A stretch of 64,000 bases of DNA from Candidatus Anammoxibacter sp. (GTDB lineage Bacteria; Planctomycetota; Brocadiia; Brocadiales; Anammoxibacteraceae), in contig JAIQZQ010000001.1 in NCBI GenBank assembly GCA_021777105.1, positions 49,067-113,066 of the forward strand, written 5' to 3'. The translations under genes were made by a program, and so were the position numbers. The notes under the pieces were generated by a model. That model made no database searches, was not told where the DNA came from, and saw nothing but the letters and a program-made list of their open reading frames with translations. Position 1 is the stretch's first letter; the number at the start of each line of letters is the position of its first letter. This document shows positions 10,648 to 20,341 of the stretch, in pieces.

Positions 10648-11955
10648 TTAGCGTTGGAAAACCTTAGCTCCAGGATAAGTAGCGTTTCCGGCTAGTTTTT
10701 CATTTATCCTTAATAGCTGATTATATTTTGCGACCCTGTCGGATCTAGCCATGCTGCCTGTTTTTATCTGACCTGCATTGCACCCAACAGCCAGATCAGC
10801 TATTGTGGTGTCTTCGGTCTCGCCCGATCTGTGAGAAATTACCGCGGTGTATTTATTCTTTTTAGCCAACTTTATGGTGTCAATTGATTCGGTCAGGCTG
10901 CCTATCTGGTTTACTTTAACAAGTATTGAATTGGCGATGCCGTTGTCAATGCCTTCCTGCAGTATTTTCATGTTTGTCACAAATAGGTCGTCGCCTACTA
11001 ATTGAACGCTGCTTCCAAGTTTATCGGTTAAAAGTTTCCACCCCTCCTTGTCGTCCTCAGCCATGCCGTCTTCAATAGACTTGATGGGGAACTCGCTAAC
11101 AAGCGCCGCGTATATATCCACCATCTCCGCTGAAGTAAACTTTTCCGATGCCATTACATAAGAGCCGTCTTTATAAAATTCGCTTGAAGCCGGATCCAAA
11201 GCTATGGCCACATCCTCTCCCGGAGTGTATTCGGCCTGCTCAATAGCGTAGGTTATTAATTTAAGGGCTTGCCTTATAATAGAGACGGCGCCTTTGCCGG
11301 ACTTCATCATCGGGGCAAAACCGCCTTCATCGCCAATACCAACGGCGACGTTGTTGCTTATCCTGGGAACTATTTTATTCAGGCTTTGAAAAATATTCGA
11401 GGCCATCACCATTGCCGACTGAAAACTGTTTGGCCCGATAGGTATAATCATGAACTCCTGAAAATCTATATTATTGTCCGCGTGTTCTCCGCCGTTTAAC
11501 ACATTCATCATAGGCACGGGCAAAACAGTGGGGGTCGCGCCGTAGAGATTAGAGATATGCTCATACAGAGGTATCTTTTGATCCTGCGCCGCGGCCTTTG
11601 CGACAGCCAACGACACGCCTAGGATTGCGTTTGCTCCAAGTTGATGCTTGTCGTCAGTGCCGTCAAGCTCAATCATTTTGTTGTCAATCCCTTCCTGATC
11701 GGAAGCTTCCATGGAAACCACGCCGGGTTTTATTGTCTTTTTTATATTTGCAACCGCGTTTTGAACTCCTTTGCCGAGGTACCTTTTTGAATCCCCATCT
11801 CTTAGCTCAAGGGCCTCCCTCGTTCCGGTTGAAGCGCCGGAAGGGACAGCGGCTGTGCCGACAATCCCATTGCTTAAAACAACGTCCACTTCGACAGTAG
11901 GGTTTCCTCTGGAGTCTAAAATTTCTCTAGCGTTTATAGATTTGATTTTGCTCAT
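10648..11955 (-). CDS. eno: Enolase
   Basis: [25 protein letters not shown] loop, [46 protein letters not shown] and GQIKTG are all present. Confidence 0.95.
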   Translation of the reverse strand: MSKIKSINAREILDSRGNPTVEVDVVLSNGIVGTAAVPSGASTGTREALELRDGDSKRYLGKGVQNAVANIKKTIKPGVVSMEASDQEGIDNKMIELDGTDDKHQLGANAILGVSLAVAKAAAQDQKIPLYEHISNLYGATPTVLPVPMMNVLNGGEHADNNIDFQEFMIIPIGPNSFQSAMVMASNIFQSLNKIVPRISNNVAVGIGDEGGFAPMMKSGKGAVSIIRQALKLITYAIEQAEYTPGEDVAIALDPASSEFYKDGSYVMASEKFTSAEMVDIYAALVSEFPIKSIEDGMAEDDKEGWKLLTDKLGSSVQLVGDDLFVTNMKILQEGIDNGIANSILVKVNQIGSLTESIDTIKLAKKNKYTAVISHRSGETEDTTIADLAVGCNAGQIKTGSMARSDRVAKYNQLLRINEKLAGNATYPGAKVFQR

Positions 11956-12005
11956 ATCTGCCTTTTAACGGGCATGGCCCGGTTATAAAAATTTGCGTGA
12001 TTTTT

Positions 12006-13370
12006 TTAAAAAGAAAATGTATTTTTTGGGTGAAAGACTGCGTTGTTCCCAAGCGCCTCTTCAATGCGCAACAATTGATTGTGTTTAGCTAAACGTTCAG
12101 TTCTTGAAAACCCGCCGGAATGTATCAAATCAATATTGCAGCCAATCGTAATGTCCGCGACAACAGGGTCTTCGGTGTCGCCGATTCCGCTTCGAATCAA
12201 ACTTCTCAATCTATGGTTTTCGCTAAAATTTACCACTTTCAGCAATTCGCTCAGTGTGGGGACACGATCTGTTGATATAACAACATTATTCATAACTCCG
12301 TCACGAATCATTTTTTCCTTGTCTTTCCCCTCGCCAAAGGCAACGTCGTAGCCGGCCACTTGGATTTTTTCTCCAAAATTGCCTGTTAAACCTTGCCAGC
12401 CGCTTGGATCGTCTTCGGCAAAGCAGTTTTCCATAAACACAATAGGGTATTTTTTAGCGATATTTTCATAAAACCGCTGGAGTTCCTTTCTTGATATCTC
12501 TATCTCTTTCTGCTCTGAGTCCGTGAAACAATATCGCGTGCGCTCACTGTAAAATCCGCTGTCGGCGTTGACATTAATTCCAATAAGAATATCCTGACCC
12601 GCTTTGTATCCCGCCAGAGTAATGCTCTTAACAACAATCTCTAAAGCTTCGATTGTGATGGAATCCCAATTACCCACATTTGTGTCTTCGTGAGAGCAAA
12701 ATACCGGCGCATAACCGCCTTGATCGCCTACGGAAGCGCTCATCCCTTTATCGTGCAAAATCTTTTTAGCGGAGTGAAAGACCTCTGCGCCCATCCTTAA
12801 GGCGTCTTTAAAACTAGCGGCTTTAACCGGGGCAACCATTATTGATTGAAAATTCAGATTGTTGTTTGTAAAAATGCCGCCGTCAAAAATATTGATCAAC
12901 GGTATAGGCATCTGATACGTCCTTCTCTTACCGAAAAGGCTTCTGATGTGCTCGTATAAGCTTTTGTCATTGTTCAAAGCTCCGGCTTTTGCGACTGCGC
13001 ATGAAATTGCAAATGTCGTATTAATGATCGAGTTAAACAAATCCTTTTTCCCATTTAAAACAAGCATTTCATAATCTATGCCTTCCTGATTATTAATGTT
13101 CATTGATTTAATCTCAGGAATTAACAACTCGTTTACCTTTTCAATCGCGGCTCCGATCGCTTTATTATAATAGTCCCGCATAGGCTCCAACGAGACAACC
13201 TTGCCAAAGGAGTTGGTGTCGTAATACCTCTGTTGCTCTTTAATATTAAAAGTTTTTGGAGCCGAGGCATTTGTGCATATGCCGTTATCTAACAGCACTT
13301 CCGCTTCAATAGTTGGGTTGCTGGTCGAATCATAAATTTTTCTAAGTATAATCTTTTCTATATTTGCCAT
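12006..13370 (-). CDS. Enolase-fold paralog lacking most catalytic residues (pseudo-enolase)
   Basis: Colinear with the adjacent eno (N-terminus IYDSTSNPTIEAEV, C-terminus RTERLAKHNQLLRIEEALG), but the catalytic or metal motifs are replaced. See finding. Confidence 0.8.
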   Translation of the reverse strand: MANIEKIILRKIYDSTSNPTIEAEVLLDNGICTNASAPKTFNIKEQQRYYDTNSFGKVVSLEPMRDYYNKAIGAAIEKVNELLIPEIKSMNINNQEGIDYEMLVLNGKKDLFNSIINTTFAISCAVAKAGALNNDKSLYEHIRSLFGKRRTYQMPIPLINIFDGGIFTNNNLNFQSIMVAPVKAASFKDALRMGAEVFHSAKKILHDKGMSASVGDQGGYAPVFCSHEDTNVGNWDSITIEALEIVVKSITLAGYKAGQDILIGINVNADSGFYSERTRYCFTDSEQKEIEISRKELQRFYENIAKKYPIVFMENCFAEDDPSGWQGLTGNFGEKIQVAGYDVAFGEGKDKEKMIRDGVMNNVVISTDRVPTLSELLKVVNFSENHRLRSLIRSGIGDTEDPVVADITIGCNIDLIHSGGFSRTERLAKHNQLLRIEEALGNNAVFHPKNTFSF

Positions 13371-13810
13371 TTTTTATAACTAAAAAGTTTTATCAGGAGC
13401 CGTTTTTTTCGCAAGGCGCCATACAAATCACCGCATTAATCCAATTAATTAGCGGTTTAAGGACATACAGGTATTAAAAATTCGTGGCAGTATACCATAA
13501 TAGATACAATCAGGCAAGAATATTAAACCGATCTCCCGCTTACCCCCCTTTATTTCCACTGAATTTTCAGGTATTTACGCAAAAAAAAGCGAGAAAAACA
13601 CGAAATTTGCGAAATTTTCACAAATACCGGGGAATAAAACATGCTTTTGTTTTAATAAGATACAAACGGGGGTAATTGCTTGACCTAAAGATGGGAAGCT
13701 ACAAATTAAAAGGGGAGACAAAAGCCGAAAACCGGCAGGAGTGAGAGAAAATCCGGTTTCCATTTAAATATTTATATTTTGCCACGATTGCCGGGTTAGA
13801 CGGTTTTATC

Positions 13811-13862
13811 CCTTCCGTGGACAATTCTCACTAGAGCAGGAAAGCCGCTCAGTTCTCATTAT
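13811..13862 (-). repeat. Copy of the 53-nt structured repeat family (minus orientation, diverged)
   Basis: The reverse complement ataatgagaactgagcggctttcctgctctagtgagaattgtccacggaagg aligns with the units at 26074-26179 and 53772-53824. Confidence 0.55.
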
Positions 13863-13864
13863 CA

Positions 13865-14665
13865 TTATGAATTATCTCTTCTGTCAACAATACACTCAAT
13901 TTCACCCCTGACGGACAGCCCAAACTCAAAAGGCGAAAACGAGGAGCCTATTGATATCTCATTTTCATTCATCTGTAAAATATAAGCGCCGTTTAATTTT
14001 GCGCCGTTTATTATGAGCCCGGAATGACTACTACGGTCCACAACAACAATATGCCCCTCTACCTTGTCTATTAAAAAATGGTTTTTCGAAACATAAAACG
14101 GTTCGTTATTTTCCTTAATACACAAATCATTGTCAGCCAAAACATCTTGCTCTTCTTTGCCCTCGCGGCCAATCTTAAAAGGGAACTTTTTAATTAACAC
14201 CTCTTCGCCGTCCAACGCGTTTTTGCTTATCTCGTTTAAGCCGCTAAGGACGGCGTATCTATTGTCTTTTATTACAATGTTGTGTTTTTCGTTATCATTT
14301 TTAGCAATAGCATTTGCGCTGTCGCGCGCAATAGTCACGGTGGCGGAACGCAATCTCTCAAAAAGAGCCTTTACAATAGATAATATTACTTTGCGGTCTT
14401 TTAAAAAAAGTTCATTAAACGATTCGCGGCTGATAACCCTTACGATTGAATCTTTAGTCGCTGTTACGGTAGCCGAACGCGGCTTGTCTTCAATCAGGCC
14501 CATTTCGCCAAAAACCTGTTTTTCACCCAGCTTGGTCAAAACCTTTTTAATGTCTCTGAAAGACCTTGAGACCTCAACTTCCCCTGTTTCAATTATATAG
14601 GCGAGCGTGCCGCGCGAGCCCTCTTTAATTATCACATCCCCTTTTTTATATTTTTCGGTCTGCAT
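13865..14665 (-). CDS. Cyclic-nucleotide-binding domain + FHA domain protein
   Basis: N-terminus: FGEMGLIEDKPRSATVTA (cNMP-binding). C-terminus: FKIGRE...VSKNHFLI...VVDRSSHSGLIINGAKL (FHA G-R...S..H...N pattern). Confidence 0.75.
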   Translation of the reverse strand: MQTEKYKKGDVIIKEGSRGTLAYIIETGEVEVSRSFRDIKKVLTKLGEKQVFGEMGLIEDKPRSATVTATKDSIVRVISRESFNELFLKDRKVILSIVKALFERLRSATVTIARDSANAIAKNDNEKHNIVIKDNRYAVLSGLNEISKNALDGEEVLIKKFPFKIGREGKEEQDVLADNDLCIKENNEPFYVSKNHFLIDKVEGHIVVVDRSSHSGLIINGAKLNGAYILQMNENEISIGSSFSPFEFGLSVRGEIECIVDRRDNS

Positions 14666-14781
14666 ATGACTTCCTACTATTTAAGAATATCGTTAAATTA
14701 AGAACCAAGGCGCTGTCGAATAAAATTCTCAGGTTTTCGCAAATTTACAGGTAAAACAAATTTTGGCAAATTTCAACATTT

Positions 14782-14985
14782 TCAATCAACGTCTTCGTCG
14801 CTATTCTTTTGATTATAAGACAATTTCAGGAAACGGAACTCCCCTTCCCTTATTTCTTCCGGATTTATTTCAATTTCTCTGCCGTCTTCCAACACAAAGC
14901 AAATATATGGGGTAAATATTATCCTCGCTATTTTATTGCCTTCTAATATTTCTTTCACCTCGTCGTCTGAAAAACTTTTCCCCAT
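14782..14985 (-). CDS. Hypothetical small protein, 67 aa
   Basis: ORF only, co-directional with its neighbours. Confidence 0.3.
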   Translation of the reverse strand: MGKSFSDDEVKEILEGNKIARIIFTPYICFVLEDGREIEINPEEIREGEFRFLKLSYNQKNSDEDVD

Positions 14986-15043
14986 AATTCATGTTCCTTT
15001 AATCAATCATTTTATTCAAAACACAACCATACAGTAGCTCACA

Positions 15044-16477
15044 TTATCTTTTCTCTGTTTTGCTTGCTTTGCCCACCATATCAGACTGAATCCAGCCTTT
15101 TGCGTACACCTCGTTATTTTTGTTGTAGACCCCAACCCTCGCCCATCTTACACCCGAGATTTTAGTTTCCAGCACTTTAACAATTGTCCCTGGTTTGAGA
15201 CCGCCCACAAGGTTGCCGATCAATTTTGCAGGGCTTGATGGAACTTCAGGCTTTTTTAATAAAATAGTGGTCGATTCGATCTTCCAAAACTCCCCTGCAA
15301 TAGCCGCGTTAAAGCTTAATTTACCGGAGCCGAACGGTTTTGTTTCCTGTTTTTGCCCGGCTTTGGAAATTGTCTCTCCAGATTTCAAGGCAGGCGCCAC
15401 TATTGAGGATTTGCCCCCTATTTTCTCGGCAACGGCAGTTTCTTTTGATTCCGCCGATTTTTTTAAATCTTCATTTTTCCCGGCTTTGGCCTCTTCATTT
15501 CCAACAGTTTTTGCGTCAACCAGAGTCGGATTAAGCTGGGTGTTTACCATTTTTAAATTTTTACGAATCGCAACCAACTCTTCTTTAGACAATTTCTGTT
15601 CGCGCAACGTTTTGTTATACAAATCCGCCGCGATTCTAAAATTATCGAGGGCCTCTTCTTTTAAACCTTCTTCAAAAAATATTAAGCCGTCCTTGCAAAA
15701 AGTATCGGCTTCCGATATCACCGTTTTATTTATTGCCGGGCCGTCCCCTGCGTCTAAATCCAGTGATATTTTGCGACGTTCATCTTCAGGATGTTTTCCC
15801 GCAGTTTCTGTTTCAGAAGATTTAATAGCGTCAACGGCATCAACCAGGTTTACGACCGCTTCGTCCAACGTTTCATTTGACGTCGGCTCAGGCGTCGGAG
15901 GATCATCAATAGAGCTTTTATTCGAACTCTTTTCTGAGCTTATTTGCGCCGGTTGCGCTTCTCCGCCTACTAGAGCCGGAGGAGCCTCGGCTTCATTTTT
16001 TGCGGCAACTATTTGCGTAGGTTGCGTTTCATCGACAACTACCGTCGTAGGAGCCACGACTTCAATTTTCTTCGCAACTGTTTGCGCCGGCCGCGCTTCA
16101 TCTGCGACAACCGCTGAAACTATTTCAACTTTTTTCTCTTTTGACGTGTTTGAAGGATGCACAGTTACATCAAACGCATAACCGTCCCTTTTAATCAGGA
16201 TAACAGCCTTGTCTCTATCGCTTATTGAATCGCTTTTTCTTAAATAATCCGCACCGGTCTTTATTTTATCGCCGTTAATTTTTAAAATAACGTCGTTTCC
16301 CCTAATGCCTGCTTTTACAGTAGCCGGATTTTTGCCGGCGTCAAGCACGACCACCCCGTTTCTGCTTTCAGCCACTATCAGGCCGGAAAGCAAATTTTCA
16401 GCGCCGGCCACTTTAACTAGAATAAAAAGACAAATTAATATATATATATAAAATCGATCTTTCACATTTATTAACAT
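15044..16477 (-). CDS. Secreted/membrane-anchored PDZ-domain protein with an acidic repeat linker and an SH3b-like C-terminus
   Basis: N-terminal hydrophobic segment. PDZ-like GIRGNDVILKINGDKI. Three imperfect ~23-aa repeats (E-A/T-R/Q-P-A/T-Q), also visible as DNA repeats at ~15940-16130. C-terminal VLETKISGVRWARVGVY...KGWI. Confidence 0.55.
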   Translation of the reverse strand: MLINVKDRFYIYILICLFILVKVAGAENLLSGLIVAESRNGVVVLDAGKNPATVKAGIRGNDVILKINGDKIKTGADYLRKSDSISDRDKAVILIKRDGYAFDVTVHPSNTSKEKKVEIVSAVVADEARPAQTVAKKIEVVAPTTVVVDETQPTQIVAAKNEAEAPPALVGGEAQPAQISSEKSSNKSSIDDPPTPEPTSNETLDEAVVNLVDAVDAIKSSETETAGKHPEDERRKISLDLDAGDGPAINKTVISEADTFCKDGLIFFEEGLKEEALDNFRIAADLYNKTLREQKLSKEELVAIRKNLKMVNTQLNPTLVDAKTVGNEEAKAGKNEDLKKSAESKETAVAEKIGGKSSIVAPALKSGETISKAGQKQETKPFGSGKLSFNAAIAGEFWKIESTTILLKKPEVPSSPAKLIGNLVGGLKPGTIVKVLETKISGVRWARVGVYNKNNEVYAKGWIQSDMVGKASKTEKR

Positions 16478-16543
16478 AATTTAATACCCTTAACCTCTCT
16501 CCTCTGCCGCAAAAAAAAGGTTACAAAATGACTAAGGCCATGA

Positions 16544-18241
16544 TCAGAGCCTGCCCGACCGAAAAATAGCGACCACAAGAGAAAACCCCATAACAGAAGC
16601 CAGCAAATACCCTACAATACCCAACACTGAGACGTTGTCCAAAATCAAAGGCCCAACCTGGCCCATCATTATAATGGACGAGCCAATTAAAGTCGCCGCC
16701 AATATTATGCTCAAGGCCAACCTGTTGCTGGATTTGTCAAGATCGGTAATAAGCGGCTCAAGCCCTTTATGTTTTAAAACAACCTGCAGGTCGCCGCCTT
16801 TAATCTTTCTTAATATGTGCCTGATCTCTTTGGGAGCCTGCCTTAACAGATTTGTCAAATGCCATGCGCTGGAGGTTGCTGATTTAGAAAGATTTTCGGA
16901 TGACAGCTTGTCCCTGAAAACATTGAAAATGTTTTGCGCCAACGGAGCGACGGCGTCAACAAAATTAAAGTCCGGGTCAAGCTCCTTTGCGATGCCCGCG
17001 ACAGTGACAAATGATTTTGCAAGCAACACAAAATCGCGCGGCAAAACCATATCGTGTTCGCGAGCCACGCTCATAATATCTGAAAAGGCTTTTGTTGTGT
17101 CGATATTCTTCAACGGCATCCCGTAATATTTATCTATCACTTCAAATATTGAAAGCCGCAAAGCATGCAAATCGCAATCAGCAGGCGTCAGGCCTAAATC
17201 TAGAAAAATATCAACAAACAGATCAAGGTCATGCTTTACCAGAGCCACCACAGCCGCTCCGAGTTGTTTCCTTAACTCCTCGGACACATGCCCAACCATC
17301 CCAAAATCTATAATCGCCAACGAGCCTGATTCAGAGACCATCAAATTTCCCGGATGGGGGTCGGCGTGAAACATGCTATTTTCAAAATATTGCGAAGCAA
17401 AAGATGTCGCCAAATCAGACGCCAGCCGTTTCTTGTCGATTTCCATTTCGTCGAATCTGTGAGCGTCGGAAAACGACAAATATTCAAACCTCTCAAGCGT
17501 CAAAATATTATGAGTGCTGTAATCCCAGTATACTTTCGGTACCTTTACTTTGCCGTTTGAGCTGAAAATGTCAAAAAACCTGGCAGTGCTTGACGCCTCG
17601 GAAATAAAATCAAGCTCGCGTTCAATCTTGCGGGAAAATTCGTTGACAATCATCGACGGCCTGTAGATCCTAAAGTCCTCAATCTTCTCCGCCTGCTCGG
17701 CTATGTATGACAATATGCCCATATCATTCATAATAACCGGGCCTATCCCGGGCCTTTTCACCTTTACAACAACCTCGTTGCCGTTGGAAAGTGTAGCTTT
17801 ATGAACCTGCCCAATAGAGCCGCACGCAATCGGCGCGTCGTCAAAAGATAAAAAGAGTTTGTCTATCGGAGCTTTGAGGTCGTTTTCAATAATTTCCCTG
17901 CTGGCGGACGATTCAAACGGCTTGACGTCATTTTGAAGCGATTGCAACTCTTTAATTAAACTATCGGGTATTAAGTCGGGCCTGGTAGACAAAACTTGCC
18001 CTAGCTTTACAAAAGTTGGGCCCAACTCCTGGCAAACGGACGCGATCCTTTTGGCCAGGGCTTCATCGCCTACATCAACTATTTTTGCGGCAGTGTCCTG
18101 AATGCGGTTGAGCAAAGGCAGGTGTGTGTGCAACCTCAGGTTGTAAACAAGATAACCAAACCCGTGCCTGGCCAACACCTGCGCGATTTGCGACAACCTA
18201 TATATTCTTTTTGGCGTTCTTACAAAACTGGTGAGTGACAT
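16544..18241 (-). CDS. ABC1/UbiB-family atypical kinase
   Basis: FVKLGQVLSTRPDLIPDSLIKELQSLQNDV, GSIGQVHKA, FHADPHPGNL and IDFGMVG, plus C-terminal TM helices. Confidence 0.85.
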   Translation of the reverse strand: MSLTSFVRTPKRIYRLSQIAQVLARHGFGYLVYNLRLHTHLPLLNRIQDTAAKIVDVGDEALAKRIASVCQELGPTFVKLGQVLSTRPDLIPDSLIKELQSLQNDVKPFESSASREIIENDLKAPIDKLFLSFDDAPIACGSIGQVHKATLSNGNEVVVKVKRPGIGPVIMNDMGILSYIAEQAEKIEDFRIYRPSMIVNEFSRKIERELDFISEASSTARFFDIFSSNGKVKVPKVYWDYSTHNILTLERFEYLSFSDAHRFDEMEIDKKRLASDLATSFASQYFENSMFHADPHPGNLMVSESGSLAIIDFGMVGHVSEELRKQLGAAVVALVKHDLDLFVDIFLDLGLTPADCDLHALRLSIFEVIDKYYGMPLKNIDTTKAFSDIMSVAREHDMVLPRDFVLLAKSFVTVAGIAKELDPDFNFVDAVAPLAQNIFNVFRDKLSSENLSKSATSSAWHLTNLLRQAPKEIRHILRKIKGGDLQVVLKHKGLEPLITDLDKSSNRLALSIILAATLIGSSIIMMGQVGPLILDNVSVLGIVGYLLASVMGFSLVVAIFRSGRL

Positions 18242-18331
18242 TGTTTATTGCTAAAGAAATTTTCCATTAAAATATCGCGCGGGCGCGCGCCGGTTTGCGG
18301 CTATCCGGCCGACGCGGCCTGCCGGCGCCCG

Positions 18332-20104
18332 TTACTCGTCCAGGCGCAACCCCAACTCCTTAAGCTGGCCGGCCTCAACCTCGGAAGGCGCGTTGGTCAT
18401 CATGCATGTGGCGCGTTGTGTTTTTGGAAACGGAATTACCTCCCTTATATCTTCCAGGCCTAAAAACAGAGCCACCATTCGATCAAGCCCCAAGGCTATC
18501 CCGCCGTGCGGAGGAGCCCCATATTTTAACCCGTCTAAAAGGAATCCGAACTTCTCTTTCGCGTTCTCCTCGTCAATATCCAACAAATTAAACACCTTTT
18601 TCTGAATCTCCTGATTGTGTATCCTTATACTGCCGCCGCCCATCTCAACCCCGTTTAACACAAGGTCGTACGCGCGGGCTTTTGCTTCAAGCGGTTTCTC
18701 TTCAAGCTTGTCAAGATCTGCGTCGCAAGGCGAAGTAAACGGGTGATGCAACGAGTTGTATCTGCCGCCGCCGCTCTCCTGCTCAAAGAGAGGAAAGTCA
18801 ACTATCCAGGCAAATTTAAAATCGCCGGCCTTTATAAGCCCCATAATCTTCGCCAGATTTATGCGCAACTGCGCAAGCGACGCGTTAACAACGTCTTTAG
18901 TGTCCGCCACAAAAAGCAACAAATCGCCCGGCTCGGCCTCAAGCCTTGCCGCAATTTCATCCTGAACCTCTTTTGAAAAGAACTTTGCAATGGATGAGTT
19001 CAACGTCCCGTCCTCCTCAACCTTAAACCATGCCAGCCCTTTTGCCCCAAAGTCAGCCAAAGCGGCGGTTAAATCATCAATATCTTTTCGCGAAAATTTA
19101 GAGCAACCCTTGGCGTTTATGCCCTTTACCTGCCCGCCGGACTCAACCGCGCCTTTAAACACTTTAAAATCGGATTTGGGCGCAAAATCAGAAACGTCCT
19201 TAATTTCAAGGTCAAACCTCAAGTCAGGCTTGTCGCAACCATATCTGTCCATCGCCTCGCTGTAAGGAATCCTTCTAAACGGAGTTGACACCGACACACT
19301 TAACAGATCGCCAAAAAGCTTAACCATCAGATTTTCAATAACTTCAAAGATGTCCTCCTCGTCAATAAACGACATCTCCAAATCAAGCTGCGTAAACTCA
19401 GGCTGGCGTTGCGAACGCAGGTCTTCATCGCGAAAACATCTAACTATCTGAAAATACCTGTCATACCCCGAAACCATCAAAAGCTGTTTAAAAAGCTGCG
19501 GAGACTGCGGCAATGCGTAACATTTCCCCAGGTTAACCCTGCTCGGCACAAGGTAATCGCGCGCGCCTTCCGGCGTGCTCTTTGTCAGGTAAGGCGTCTC
19601 AATCTCAATAAACCTGTTTTCGTCAAAATAGTTCCTCATAATCTGGCAAACCTTGTGCCTGAACACTATGTTCCTTTGCATTTGGTAGCGTCTTAAATCA
19701 AGATATCTATGCTTTAGCCTGATCTCCAGCGATGTAATGTTTTCGCACTCGGATATCTCAAAAGGAGGTGTCTCGGAACGGTTCAATATCTCAAGATTGT
19801 TTGCCGTAATCTCAATCTTGCCGGTAGCCATATTTGGGTTTATCGTCTCTTCAGACCGCAACGAAACCTTGCCGGCCGCCGCAATGACAAATTCCGACCT
19901 TAACTCCCGAGATTTTCTATGAACCTCCTCGCCCACATCAGGGTTAAAAACAATCTGTGTAATGCCGAACCTATCCCTTAAATCTATAAATGTCACACCG
20001 CCGTGATCGCGCGAGCTGTTAACCCATCCGGTTAAAACCACTTCGGTCCCCGCGTTTGCGTCGCCAAGTTCGCCGCACGTATGCGTGCGTTTAAGTTTGC
20101 TCAT
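18332..20104 (-). CDS. aspS: Aspartate--tRNA ligase
   Basis: 590 aa. OB-fold N-terminus GWVNSSRDHGGVTFIDLRDRFG, class II motif 2 FQIVRCFRDEDLRSQRQPEFTQLD, motif 3 GGIALGLDR. Confidence 0.95.
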   Translation of the reverse strand: MSKLKRTHTCGELGDANAGTEVVLTGWVNSSRDHGGVTFIDLRDRFGITQIVFNPDVGEEVHRKSRELRSEFVIAAAGKVSLRSEETINPNMATGKIEITANNLEILNRSETPPFEISECENITSLEIRLKHRYLDLRRYQMQRNIVFRHKVCQIMRNYFDENRFIEIETPYLTKSTPEGARDYLVPSRVNLGKCYALPQSPQLFKQLLMVSGYDRYFQIVRCFRDEDLRSQRQPEFTQLDLEMSFIDEEDIFEVIENLMVKLFGDLLSVSVSTPFRRIPYSEAMDRYGCDKPDLRFDLEIKDVSDFAPKSDFKVFKGAVESGGQVKGINAKGCSKFSRKDIDDLTAALADFGAKGLAWFKVEEDGTLNSSIAKFFSKEVQDEIAARLEAEPGDLLLFVADTKDVVNASLAQLRINLAKIMGLIKAGDFKFAWIVDFPLFEQESGGGRYNSLHHPFTSPCDADLDKLEEKPLEAKARAYDLVLNGVEMGGGSIRIHNQEIQKKVFNLLDIDEENAKEKFGFLLDGLKYGAPPHGGIALGLDRMVALFLGLEDIREVIPFPKTQRATCMMTNAPSEVEAGQLKELGLRLDE

Positions 20105-20171
20105 AATTAATTTTCCATCAAAAACTTTTAATATTAAATATAATAAAATTCAGTTAATCTTTAACATCATT

Positions 20172-20304
20172 GTTCCCAAACCCCAGTTTGGGAACGAAAG
20201 AATTCAAGAAGCCCCAGCTTCGCGCGCAAAAGCGCTATACTTACACTCGAACACGAAGCAGGGGCTTCTTGAATTGCCGGTTACCAGGCATGGGCCTGGT
20301 AACC
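20172..20304. repeat. Cluster of REP-like hairpins in the hisS-aspS spacer
   Basis: Three hairpins. (1) gttcccaaa-ccccag-tttgggaac at 20172-20195. (2) A 15-bp long-range stem, gaattcaagaagcccc...ggggcttcttgaatt, at 20200-20276. (3) ggttaccagg-catggg-cctggtaacc at 20279-20304. Confidence 0.6.
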
Positions 20305-20341
20305 AGATCGCTGTCTAAGCGTTTCAAATAACGATAAACAA

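Noticed and set aside
15195-16181. 328-aa plus-strand ORF
   Set aside because: It is antisense to the PDZ-domain gene (15044-16477). Its Ser/Ala-rich low-complexity translation mirrors the acidic repeat region, so it is a shadow ORF.
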